In this document: piece by piece, positions 51,317-59,992 of the stretch | Layout of the letters: the number at the start of each line of letters is the position of its first letter | Numbering within the stretch: the first letter of the stretch is position 1 | Source: a virus | Lineage: Duplodnaviria; Caudoviricetes | IMG/VR virus record: IMGVR_UViG_3300010346_000241 | Location: 64,001-128,000 of that record | DNA length: 64,000 nucleotides | Reading direction: 5' to 3' (one strand) | Translations under genes and position numbers: made by a program | Notes under the pieces: generated by a model | What the model saw: the letters and a program-made list of their open reading frames with translations, nothing else | Told to the model about the DNA's origin: nothing | Databases searched by the model: none

Positions 51317-51327
51317 AATGATATGTT
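51316..51327 (-). promoter_or_regulatory. Late promoter AACA-N6-TG
   Basis: AACA-tatcat-TG immediately 5' of the structured RNA. Confidence 0.7.
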
Positions 51328-51342
51328 ATACTATGTGTAACG

Positions 51343-51576
51343 TTATACATATGCATTCAAACCTCTTAGACATATATTAGCATACAGTCCCATTGACAGA
51401 GGTCTAGGAGCTTTAGGATTCTTCCAATCTATATCGAACTCAGCACCACAGTTCTTACACCGCATACACCGAGCTTCTTTACCTTTACGAGTACTTACTA
51501 CTATGATCGCTAATCCATCAGTACCACAATTCGTACAGTACTTAGGTCCAGCTATCTTGAAAAGTGGCTCTGACAT
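51343..51576 (-). CDS. Zinc-ribbon protein (77 aa)
   Basis: CTNC..CKNC; start refined to 51576 (AAAGGA RBS); similar layout to 56751-57167. Confidence 0.7.
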   Translation of the reverse strand: MSEPLFKIAGPKYCTNCGTDGLAIIVVSTRKGKEARCMRCKNCGAEFDIDWKNPKAPRPLSMGLYANICLRGLNAYV

Positions 51577-51680
51577 ATTATCACTTCCTTTCATCAGATA
51601 GTTACGCATACTGTAAAAGACGAGAATGACGCCCGAGGGAGCGCTCCCTCGGGCACCACTTATGTTCATATTCACCAGGA

Positions 51681-52115
51681 TCATGTTTTCGCATCGTCTT
51701 CGGATTGATCGATTGGGGTATCGATCTCCTCTGATGTGGTAGCATCCAGGAGAACGTCATTGGAATCTTCGCCAGTCTTAGGGTCACTGGCAGACCCATA
51801 GTGAGATATGATCTCGGCAATGTCTATATCGAACCGTTTCTTCACAATTACACAGAGAGACTCATAAAGGCCAACAGAGGACAGTCCCAGGAATGCCAGT
51901 ATAATCACCTTTGACACTGGGTCTTTATCGTCAAAAGTTCCTGGTATCGCGAATCCAGCAATAATGGCGACTACGACATTACTAAAAGGGATATACTTGT
52001 TAGGGAACTTCTTGAAGGTACCTTTAAGAAACATACCTACTGTGAGACATGCTAATGATATGATTATACTATTGCCAAGAAATAGTTCGGAGACAGACGT
52101 TATGAAGTTATCCAT
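51681..52115 (-). CDS. Putative holin (Hol44-like) with an acidic C-terminal tail
   Basis: Three hydrophobic segments; PNKYIP..GLSSVGLYE motifs; late promoter at 52134-52145. Confidence 0.65.
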   Translation of the reverse strand: MDNFITSVSELFLGNSIIISLACLTVGMFLKGTFKKFPNKYIPFSNVVVAIIAGFAIPGTFDDKDPVSKVIILAFLGLSSVGLYESLCVIVKKRFDIDIAEIISHYGSASDPKTGEDSNDVLLDATTSEEIDTPIDQSEDDAKT

Positions 52116-52133
52116 ACGATTCCTCCTTCCTAT

Positions 52134-52145
52134 TACATAGATGTT
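52134..52145 (-). promoter_or_regulatory. Late promoter AACA-N6-TA
   Basis: AACA-tctatg-TA. Confidence 0.75.
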
Positions 52146-52151
52146 TATGAC

Positions 52152-52183
52152 AAAAAAGAAGAGTGGATATGATCCACTCTTCT
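52152..52183 (-). terminator. Intrinsic terminator
   Basis: AGAAGAGTGGAT/ATCCACTCTTCT stem plus T-run. Confidence 0.75.
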
Positions 52184-52195
52184 CTCTGTAGTAGT

Positions 52196-52525
52196 TCAGA
52201 GCATATGTCTTATGACGATGCTACTTATAAAATCGTCACTTTCGATGTCGAACTTATTCCCATTAAGCACCAAGTAACCAATCGTATTGCAGAAGTATGT
52301 ACCTTCCCATGTAGTATTTGTGAGCACTACTACATCAGTGGCGTATAATGGCACTATGGAATAGAGACAATCGAGTGGGCCTTTAATCTCATCATAGTTC
52401 TCTTTATAGTTTTCTTGTTCGTCGACATCTTTGAGTTCAGTTAAGAACTCATACTTACTCATTCGTACATCGCCGACATGTAAGGCATTGTCGTCTGGTT
52501 TTACTCTATAGATCTTAGCATCCAT
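52196..52525 (-). CDS. Hypothetical protein (109 aa), paralog of 52774-53151
   Basis: KDVDEQENYKENYDE motif; GGAGG RBS. Confidence 0.75.
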   Translation of the reverse strand: MDAKIYRVKPDDNALHVGDVRMSKYEFLTELKDVDEQENYKENYDEIKGPLDCLYSIVPLYATDVVVLTNTTWEGTYFCNTIGYLVLNGNKFDIESDDFISSIVIRHML

Positions 52526-52739
52526 TATAGATTTCCTCCCTAAATAAGTATCCGTCTGAGGTTCTTACAGTTTCGCCTGTCTCACGTTCTATATAATCTA
52601 TTATTTCTTCTATAACAGATTCTTTAGCCGCAACAATCGGTCTTGTTACTTCATTGCCGTTAATGAAGTCTGTCCACAAATCCGCCTTGAAAGCTTCTAG
52701 ATAATTAAGTATGCAATTTAGCTTATCACGGTCGCTCAT
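52515..52739 (-). CDS. Hypothetical protein (74 aa)
   Basis: AAGGAGG RBS. Confidence 0.7.
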   Translation of the reverse strand: MSDRDKLNCILNYLEAFKADLWTDFINGNEVTRPIVAAKESVIEEIIDYIERETGETVRTSDGYLFREEIYNGC

Positions 52740-52773
52740 TATTTCCTCCTTGATGTGTAAGAAGAAGGGTGGA

Positions 52774-53151
52774 TTACCTCCACCCTTCGGTTATTCTTAG
52801 GCACTGTACAATATCACATACAAGCTTTTTAGAGTTGATATCAAACTCGTCTCTTTTCAGTTCGTACCAACAATAAGATCTGTAGTAGTACACGCCATCA
52901 CATGAGTTCGAGTTTGTGATTTCTACTATGTCTCCTGTAGTTATCTGCAGCATTTTGGAGAGGATATCAAGAACACTAATCGATTCGTCATAGTTGTTCT
53001 TATAGTCTTCTTGTTTCTCTACGTCTTTGACCGACAACACAGGTTCGTAGTAGTTAAGATGGATCAGAGCATTCCAGACTATATTAGCAGTACAGATCCT
53101 GTTGAAATACTCTGGCTTGTCCCTGTAAATAGTAATGTCCATTCTTATCAA
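52774..53151 (-). CDS. Hypothetical protein (125 aa), paralog of 52196-52525
   Basis: KDVEKQEDYKNNYDE motif. Confidence 0.7.
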   Translation of the reverse strand: MIRMDITIYRDKPEYFNRICTANIVWNALIHLNYYEPVLSVKDVEKQEDYKNNYDESISVLDILSKMLQITTGDIVEITNSNSCDGVYYYRSYCWYELKRDEFDINSKKLVCDIVQCLRITEGWR

Positions 53152-53858
53152 CCCTCATCATTGTCCTGCTGAATCTTCGAGTTTGCTCTTATTGTAGGTG
53201 AAGTGATTATCATAGGATCGTTTATTTCCGTACACTTGATCTTCTTGATAGTGTCTTTACCTATGAGACGATCCATACATCCATTCTTAACTACGCTATC
53301 GAGAAGAGACTGATCACGAAATGTGATATAGTTAGTAGCTATAGAAGCCGCTTCCTGCTTAGATATGTAGTCGGAATCAGGATCCTTCTCGTTGTAGCAA
53401 TTGATGATATTTGCATAGTCCTGAAGATTAGTAACTGGGACAGAGTTTGTGTTGTCGAGAATCTGACTGACTGGAGTGCCGCCATTAGTAACAGCAACGT
53501 ACTCGTTGTCGCATACTCTTATGCCAGATGAGAAGTTCACTCCAGTAGGGAGATATACGTTGTTCTGTTTCATCATGTTTGATGTCAGTATAGAGTTTGT
53601 GAGAAAAGCTCTGGCTATCACAACGTTAGCCTTATCTCTTTCACGCTTCATGTCTGAGTAGTACTTACGAAAGTCTACCTGACATTCAATCATTTTTCTT
53701 TTGAGAGGATCTTCTTCCTCTATTACTTCTACAGATAATGCCTGTTCCGTTTCCTGACCAGGCTCATCTTCGAAGAAATCTGTTGAGTCGCTTGGACGTC
53801 CTATTCTCTTCTTGAAAGAGATCATACGGTTGAAGTCGATGTTGTTTGTGTCGTTCAT
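53148..53858 (-). CDS. Hypothetical protein (236 aa), paralog of the C-terminal domain of 54045-56651
   Basis: Shares TNSVPVTNLQDYANI and EAASIxTNYI; AGGAGG RBS; AACA-N6-TG at 53933-53944. Confidence 0.75.
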   Translation of the reverse strand: MNDTNNIDFNRMISFKKRIGRPSDSTDFFEDEPGQETEQALSVEVIEEEDPLKRKMIECQVDFRKYYSDMKRERDKANVVIARAFLTNSILTSNMMKQNNVYLPTGVNFSSGIRVCDNEYVAVTNGGTPVSQILDNTNSVPVTNLQDYANIINCYNEKDPDSDYISKQEAASIATNYITFRDQSLLDSVVKNGCMDRLIGKDTIKKIKCTEINDPMIITSPTIRANSKIQQDNDEG

Positions 53859-53990
53859 AGTGTTAACCTCCTAATTACTTTTAGATGAATGGTTTATGTG
53901 GAAGCTTTCACGGGTGTTTATTCACTTCCTCTCAATATAATGTTATTTCCTTATCCTAATTTACAATTAAATTAGGATAATCGAAATAAT

Positions 53991-54018
53991 AGGCTCGGTG
54001 ATTCTACTCACCGAGCCC
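53991..54018 (-). terminator. Terminator hairpin
   Basis: GGCTCGGTGA/TCACCGAGCC stem. Confidence 0.65.
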
Positions 54019-54044
54019 ACCATTCATCGAAAGTAATACTAATA

Positions 54045-56651
54045 TCACTTCTTGCTGTCCTCTTCTGCAGGTTCAATAGTGATATACTTCATTACAGTAG
54101 GAGATGTAGTAATCAAGAGATTACTGAACTCAGTCTTCTCAATCTCCTTAACAGTGTCCTCTCCTATAACCTTCTCAAGGCTGTTAGTATCCTGGAGCAT
54201 GTTCAGAAGAGCCTGATCACGACAACCTATATAGTTAGTAACTATAGAAGCTGCTTCTTCAGCTGTAAGGCCGTGATCTGGAGTCTGTTCTTTAACCATA
54301 TTGAAGGTTCCGAGAATGTTTGCATAGTCCTGAAGATTGGTAACAGGAACAGAGTTTGTTGTTGTAAGTACCTGATCTGATGCCGACTTACCATTAGTGA
54401 CTACAACAAGCTCACCATCAAGCATTCTTGTAGCATAAGGATACTTAACGTCCTTTGGGAGAAGGAAGTTTCTTGTCTCCATAGAACTATCTGTCATAAT
54501 ACCGTGAGTGAGAATAGCTCTAGCCATTGTAGCATTAGCTCTTGCTCTGTCACGTCTCATATCTTCAGCGTACTGAGAGATGTCTGCCTGGCATGCGCAC
54601 ATAGCATCCATGATAACTTTTGCCTGCTCTGGAGTAGGCATAGCAGGGTTGTTGGCTTCCTTCTTAGGAAGGTTGTCGTTGTTCTTCTTGTTCTTGAATA
54701 ATGGGAATTTGTCAAACATAATGTTTTCCTCCTTGATTGGGTTGGGATTAGGGTTTGTGTTGTTGAGTCCGAGAAGATTCTTCTCGTCTACTACGGGTAT
54801 ATTGAGAAACTCTTCTATAGCACTAACTGAGTTAAAATGACATAGATGAGCACTACAACCTATCTTAGATACGATCCTTGCTTTGGTAACGAGCATATCT
54901 TCCATAACTGCATCGAGTGCATTCCAAGCAGCTATCTCTATAGAGAAGAAGTATATGTCGTTATGTGCAGTAGTAAACCTCAGGATCTTACATCTTTCAC
55001 CTCTGACTTCGTCTTCGTATATGTTCTCCATAATTATCGTGTCATTGTCTGTGACGTAGAAAGTTGTTCCATTGAAACCGCCTATCATAGTATCCGATCC
55101 TTCCGATTCTGGTATGATCTGTTCTGGTTTATGTGCACTAAACTCTCCACAGTTATAGTATAATGTATCACAAAAGCCATAATCAGGATCAAATTTTAAA
55201 AGTCTTTCTTTATCACTGAGCATAGCGATATTCTCCATCTTTCTGTTTAAGATCGACTTAGAAGTATCAGACAGACAGTTATAGAAGCTGTCTGTACCTA
55301 TGACGAAAAGTAATGACTTAACGGAACAAACCATAAAGTCAAAGACTATCATACGCACAGATACTTTGCCGCATGCCGTATACACATCCCTATCAATCAA
55401 TACTCTATGAGTAAGATTTAACGGATCTTCGACAGCATACTTAATGAAGTAGTCTATTGAATCAGCGTTTGTTAAGTTCCAGCAGAACTGACGATATATC
55501 TTGGCTTCCTTGTGTGCATTGAGCATATATTCGAAAGCCAATATAAAGTTTGATTGTTTGCCTTGTTGTAAGTCCCATGCGGGCTTCAGTATATTAACCT
55601 TCAAGCCACTGATGCTTGAGTTAGATATAAAAGAGATCCAGCCTTCACAACTTGTATCTACTTTATAAAGCATACCATCGTTAGTTTCACGCTCTATAAG
55701 CTGTTCCATAGCTCCAGGACCGTCATAATGCTTTCTTTGAGTGAAAGGGTATCTGGTCATGCATGCTATGATGTCATCCCATTTGTAAGTGAAACTTGCG
55801 GTGCTATTGCTCTTAGGCTGATTAGGATCGGTAGCAATATGATTACATATATCGTAGATATTGTCCCTACAACTATCTTCCAGGTTCTCGAACCATTCTG
55901 GAAGAACGAATACGTATGGGAACGGATTCAATACGTATTCACCAGTCTTAGGATCTTTGAATCCTCCTCTACACTCCACTTCTTCGACAACAGAGTTTCT
56001 TCTATAGTTTGGCATCACATCGAAGATTATAATGTTGAAGAAGTTTATAAGATCACATTCGGTGTCGATAACCCATTCATGCTTATCGCAACCGCTGTAA
56101 CCTATATAACCGACAAGATCGGCTATCTTGTCAGTTTGCTCTTCATTGAGAGTCTCATATATAGCTTTGTGTATGTATATACGGTACTCACCAGATTTTT
56201 CCATTGTCTGAATGATCAAATGATATGGGACGTCATTGCGTAACGTGTCGAACTCTTCTTCATTCGTATCTCTGTCAAGACTGATATCGACCTTAAGTAT
56301 TATTGGTGGAAGAAAGATACTATGAGATATCGCTACGAGGTCATACATGTCAAATACAAATTTGTCATCGTCGTCCTTCTTAGTGTCATTTGTTATACCA
56401 TTGGCTATTACATAGTCTATGGTATCCCATATAGTCTTTCTGTCTATGCTTCCAAGCTTGTCAAACTCCTCTTCTGGGAAGAGGAATAAGTGCTTACCTA
56501 TGTTTACGACGTACAGATGGGAGGATTCATCCCTGAATCCTCCTTTATCTATTACTTCGTTTTCGGGATCAAAGTTTGGTTTATTTACATCCATGGTGGC
56601 TAGTCCTCCTTCTGTAGGTGCTCCGAATGTGGGTGTTGAATTGTACATCAT
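54045..56651 (-). CDS. Multidomain hypothetical protein (868 aa) with internal repeats and an internal in-frame start
   Basis: AAAGGAGG RBS; AACA-attgta-TA at 56720-56731; internal AAGGAGG-N8-ATG at 54719. Confidence 0.7.
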   Translation of the reverse strand: MMYNSTPTFGAPTEGGLATMDVNKPNFDPENEVIDKGGFRDESSHLYVVNIGKHLFLFPEEEFDKLGSIDRKTIWDTIDYVIANGITNDTKKDDDDKFVFDMYDLVAISHSIFLPPIILKVDISLDRDTNEEEFDTLRNDVPYHLIIQTMEKSGEYRIYIHKAIYETLNEEQTDKIADLVGYIGYSGCDKHEWVIDTECDLINFFNIIIFDVMPNYRRNSVVEEVECRGGFKDPKTGEYVLNPFPYVFVLPEWFENLEDSCRDNIYDICNHIATDPNQPKSNSTASFTYKWDDIIACMTRYPFTQRKHYDGPGAMEQLIERETNDGMLYKVDTSCEGWISFISNSSISGLKVNILKPAWDLQQGKQSNFILAFEYMLNAHKEAKIYRQFCWNLTNADSIDYFIKYAVEDPLNLTHRVLIDRDVYTACGKVSVRMIVFDFMVCSVKSLLFVIGTDSFYNCLSDTSKSILNRKMENIAMLSDKERLLKFDPDYGFCDTLYYNCGEFSAHKPEQIIPESEGSDTMIGGFNGTTFYVTDNDTIIMENIYEDEVRGERCKILRFTTAHNDIYFFSIEIAAWNALDAVMEDMLVTKARIVSKIGCSAHLCHFNSVSAIEEFLNIPVVDEKNLLGLNNTNPNPNPIKEENIMFDKFPLFKNKKNNDNLPKKEANNPAMPTPEQAKVIMDAMCACQADISQYAEDMRRDRARANATMARAILTHGIMTDSSMETRNFLLPKDVKYPYATRMLDGELVVVTNGKSASDQVLTTTNSVPVTNLQDYANILGTFNMVKEQTPDHGLTAEEAASIVTNYIGCRDQALLNMLQDTNSLEKVIGEDTVKEIEKTEFSNLLITTSPTVMKYITIEPAEEDSKK

Positions 56652-56750
56652 TGCGATGTCCTCCTTTAATTAAAATTTTGTGTATATACAAGAGGGGAAC
56701 CTCTCGTACCCCTCTATTGTATACAATTGTTGATTGTTTTACTCCTTATA

Positions 56751-57167
56751 TTAGAAGTATGATACTTCTGCCATATGCTGTCTGGCTTCCTCGGCCGCCT
56801 CTGCTTCAGTCATGCTCGTAGTCACTAATGGATTCTCTCCATCAGCTTCGAACTCATCCTTAGCATAGACTTTGAGGTAATCTAATGCGACATCCTTGAC
56901 ATACTCTAATGGTACTACACGTATCACTCCAGGAATGCCAATGAGATCACTCAGATTGATTGCACCAAATCGCTGCATACATGCACCACAGAAAGCGGTG
57001 CCGATATGGTTCTGTACATTAGTCCATCTCTGCACTCTTCCGTTCTTGTTGAGTGTTACATATTCAGTGTTGCGGAACTTAACGGTTAGCTTACCGTCCT
57101 TACCGCAACACGGACACTCTCCGATATTGATTACTTTGAATAAAGGTTCTGTCTTCATAGTAATCAC
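56751..57167 (-). CDS. Zinc-ribbon protein (138 aa)
   Basis: CPCC..CGAC; EPLFK N-terminus like the 51576 gene. Confidence 0.7.
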   Translation of the reverse strand: MITMKTEPLFKVINIGECPCCGKDGKLTVKFRNTEYVTLNKNGRVQRWTNVQNHIGTAFCGACMQRFGAINLSDLIGIPGVIRVVPLEYVKDVALDYLKVYAKDEFEADGENPLVTTSMTEAEAAEEARQHMAEVSYF

Positions 57168-57406
57168 TCCTTTACAGGATCAGTATACTTAACCTTACGG
57201 ATATCTCCTACTAGTACAGTCCTAGCATCTCCGTATACTTGAGTATACTTCTCTGGTCTGGTCTCCATAGCAGTGAAAGCCTTATAGTGTCCTCCCACTA
57301 ATACAGTACCAGGCTTATAGTTTCGGTTTCCTGCTTTTCTCTCAATCTCCTTGACCTTATCATAATGAGACTGAGAGAAGAGGAAGTAGCGTGTAAAGAT
57401 ATCCAC
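57164..57406 (-). CDS. Hypothetical protein (80 aa)
   Basis: GTG start with GAGG RBS; overlaps the next gene. Confidence 0.7.
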   Translation of the reverse strand: MDIFTRYFLFSQSHYDKVKEIERKAGNRNYKPGTVLVGGHYKAFTAMETRPEKYTQVYGDARTVLVGDIRKVKYTDPVKE

Positions 57407-57425
57407 TTCCTCTTCACCTCCTTCT

Positions 57426-59222
57426 TTAAGCTGCTATTGTTCCTATAGATATAGAGCCGTCGTCGACTAATGGAAGTTCGTTGACGACATCCACTACAGG
57501 ATCGTTGAGTTTCAGAGCTGCATTAGAGATAGACTCAATGAGCTCTTTATATGAGGTTAATTCCATCATAGTATCTGAGTTGGTTCTTCCAAGCATTGCA
57601 CTCTTAGCAAACTCAACTTCAACGATACTATTCATCTGCTTATACTCTTCATAGAGCTTATCCAGTTCATCACGACCCTTACAAGGTTCGTGGAAGTCAC
57701 TGAGATATCCGCCATCATAGAGCTTTGCATAAGGTACAAGTGTGCCAGACATTCCAGGATCACTGTTAGAAGAGTCAGTCATATCCAGACGACCAAGATG
57801 ACTTGGGTTAACAAGTTTATACTTGGTCTGTACTGCAGATGTCTTGTTCTCTCCAATACCTGAGATGCCCTTGAATGAATAAGAGAGTGGTACTATAGCA
57901 TCGTCATCATTAACCATGTTGTTGTAGGTGACGAGAGTACAACTACTCTTAAGCTGATCTATAAGATAGTGGTGTTTGATACCGATGATCTGCTTGAGCT
58001 TCTTCATTGATACCTTGTTAGCTGCATTGGCTACACGCTTGATGTTGTTAGCAAGCTTTCTAGCATAGTGAACAGCGATATACTCACCAAACCTTATTCG
58101 CTTAGCAGCAATGTTTGTGTTGTCCTTGAGTAACAATGCTGCATGGTTCTGAAGGATCCATCTGAGAACCGTATAAGCATCTCTCTTCTTATACTCATCT
58201 GTCACTCTAAGGTGATCATAAGTATTGTTATCGATAGAAACTTCGAACGATTCTCTGAATGATAAACCCTTGAACTTTGTTCTAGTCTTCAGCTCAGCTC
58301 CCTGAGCCTCCAGCCAATAGTCTTCCGTATAGAGATCAGCCCATGAATATCCCTGAGTAGCGCTCTTCACGAGACAATAACACATGCTCTGATACATGTA
58401 GTTGTTATCATAGAGATACTTCGGACAATATACATAGACCCCTGTAATCTCTGTAGGGAAGTAATAGTACTTTTCATCAAGCACTTCTGTACCTTCTATC
58501 TTCGTATATCCGATATCGTGCAGATTGAGGAACTCTATACCTCTATTAAGACCAAACTTACAGAGTATAAACTTCTCAGCAGATATCTTGTTAGCGAAGA
58601 TGTCACATACAAACTGCATACAAGGTATGGTTTCCTTATTGATAGTAGTAAGTTTCTTCTCCATACGATGTACAACAGTTCTTGAGAATGCTGACTTCAT
58701 GAATACAGCAGGGACCTTTGCAGATCCCATGCTAGTATTGTTGTAGGTCGATGCATCAACGATCTGATACATCGCAGAGTACTTACAGCCGTTGATTCTG
58801 AAGTAGTACTTATCAACGACTATCGGTACCTGAATGATAACCGAAGTGTCACACTTCTCTTCTTCAGTCTCAAGGTGATAGAAGACTTCAAGAAGCATAA
58901 CACTTGATGGTTTGAGATTGATATAGTCATACTCATTGAATCTCTTTCTCTTGTTATTAGAGTTAGACTCAAGTTCTCTAAGACGTTCCTGTACTTCGGC
59001 ATAAGAGGTTATCTCTTTGAAGCCAGTAACTTCTATCTTAAAGAACTGATCTCTCTGAGCTGAGAGTATGATATTCTTGAGGCATTCTATGATGTCACTG
59101 ACATCTCTTTTGAATAAGTCCTCGTTGAAGTGAGCTCTATGTGTTTCGTTATACACAGCAATGAAAGATCGCTGGTTAGGATACATCTGATAGGTCTCAC
59201 CATTTATCACTATTGGTCTCAT
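57426..59222 (-). CDS. RNA polymerase beta subunit, N-terminal part (probably non-virion RNAP)
   Basis: YFRING..YQIVD and VNPSHLGRLDMTDSSNSDPGMSGTL correspond to beta regions (FxING; HxSHxGRxCPxET..G). Confidence 0.85.
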   Translation of the reverse strand: MRPIVINGETYQMYPNQRSFIAVYNETHRAHFNEDLFKRDVSDIIECLKNIILSAQRDQFFKIEVTGFKEITSYAEVQERLRELESNSNNKRKRFNEYDYINLKPSSVMLLEVFYHLETEEEKCDTSVIIQVPIVVDKYYFRINGCKYSAMYQIVDASTYNNTSMGSAKVPAVFMKSAFSRTVVHRMEKKLTTINKETIPCMQFVCDIFANKISAEKFILCKFGLNRGIEFLNLHDIGYTKIEGTEVLDEKYYYFPTEITGVYVYCPKYLYDNNYMYQSMCYCLVKSATQGYSWADLYTEDYWLEAQGAELKTRTKFKGLSFRESFEVSIDNNTYDHLRVTDEYKKRDAYTVLRWILQNHAALLLKDNTNIAAKRIRFGEYIAVHYARKLANNIKRVANAANKVSMKKLKQIIGIKHHYLIDQLKSSCTLVTYNNMVNDDDAIVPLSYSFKGISGIGENKTSAVQTKYKLVNPSHLGRLDMTDSSNSDPGMSGTLVPYAKLYDGGYLSDFHEPCKGRDELDKLYEEYKQMNSIVEVEFAKSAMLGRTNSDTMMELTSYKELIESISNAALKLNDPVVDVVNELPLVDDGSISIGTIAA

Positions 59223-59914
59223 TAGAAGCACCCCCCGTTTATACCTGAGTTGAGATCATAGGTTATCAGGGACTGCATCGGATAGACCGCAGAATTGATC
59301 GCATTGTCTGCTGTAGCTGTTATCTTCACATCAATACAGTTGAGTATCTCAACCGCTTTGTTGTATGAGATATCATTCTTGTTCTTAAGCAGACGCATGT
59401 TGTTGTTGTAGTTGTTACCCATTCTGTTCTCAAGGAACTTCGAGGTAACGTACTTGCTGTTAATGATGTTCTTACACAGTATCATCAGAGGTGTATCAGA
59501 CACCTCATCAATAGTGAGTCTTACCACATCATCTGGCTGATCCGACAGAAACGCTTTTCTCTCCTGCTCAACTAACTCTGCGTTAGCTGCAAGATACTCT
59601 GCCATTGTCGTCACATTGGAGAAGTCTACGATGTTTGATTTGGAGTATATTCCCATTTCATTCTGAGTAGGTGGTACTATAGGAATAAACGGACTACCCC
59701 CAGGACCATAGACTCCTGGCGTCATATAGAAGCCAGGAACACTAAGATCTACATTAGTAGTACGAACTGGAAGGATGTAATCCACATCCTCCATCATGAT
59801 ACATGTAGTCTTAGGGTCATACAACTCTGAGTTGTTCATATATTCTGTTGGACTTACGACATCGACTCTAACGCCATTGACGTAAGCCTGGTTGATTGGT
59901 GTCTTCGGTAACAT
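59222..59914 (-). CDS. Hypothetical protein (230 aa) coupled to the RNAP beta-N gene
   Basis: GAGGAGGAG RBS; TAATG overlap with the RNAP gene. Confidence 0.75.
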   Translation of the reverse strand: MLPKTPINQAYVNGVRVDVVSPTEYMNNSELYDPKTTCIMMEDVDYILPVRTTNVDLSVPGFYMTPGVYGPGGSPFIPIVPPTQNEMGIYSKSNIVDFSNVTTMAEYLAANAELVEQERKAFLSDQPDDVVRLTIDEVSDTPLMILCKNIINSKYVTSKFLENRMGNNYNNNMRLLKNKNDISYNKAVEILNCIDVKITATADNAINSAVYPMQSLITYDLNSGINGGCF

Positions 59915-59935
59915 CTTATCTACTCTCCTCCTCTT

Positions 59936-59966
59936 AAAAATAATCGGGGAGAGAACTCCCCGATTA
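59936..59966 (-). terminator. Intrinsic terminator
   Basis: TAATCGGGGAG/CTCCCCGATTA stem plus T-run. Confidence 0.75.
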
Positions 59967-59992
59967 CCTTGATTCCGCCTAGTAACTTCTTA

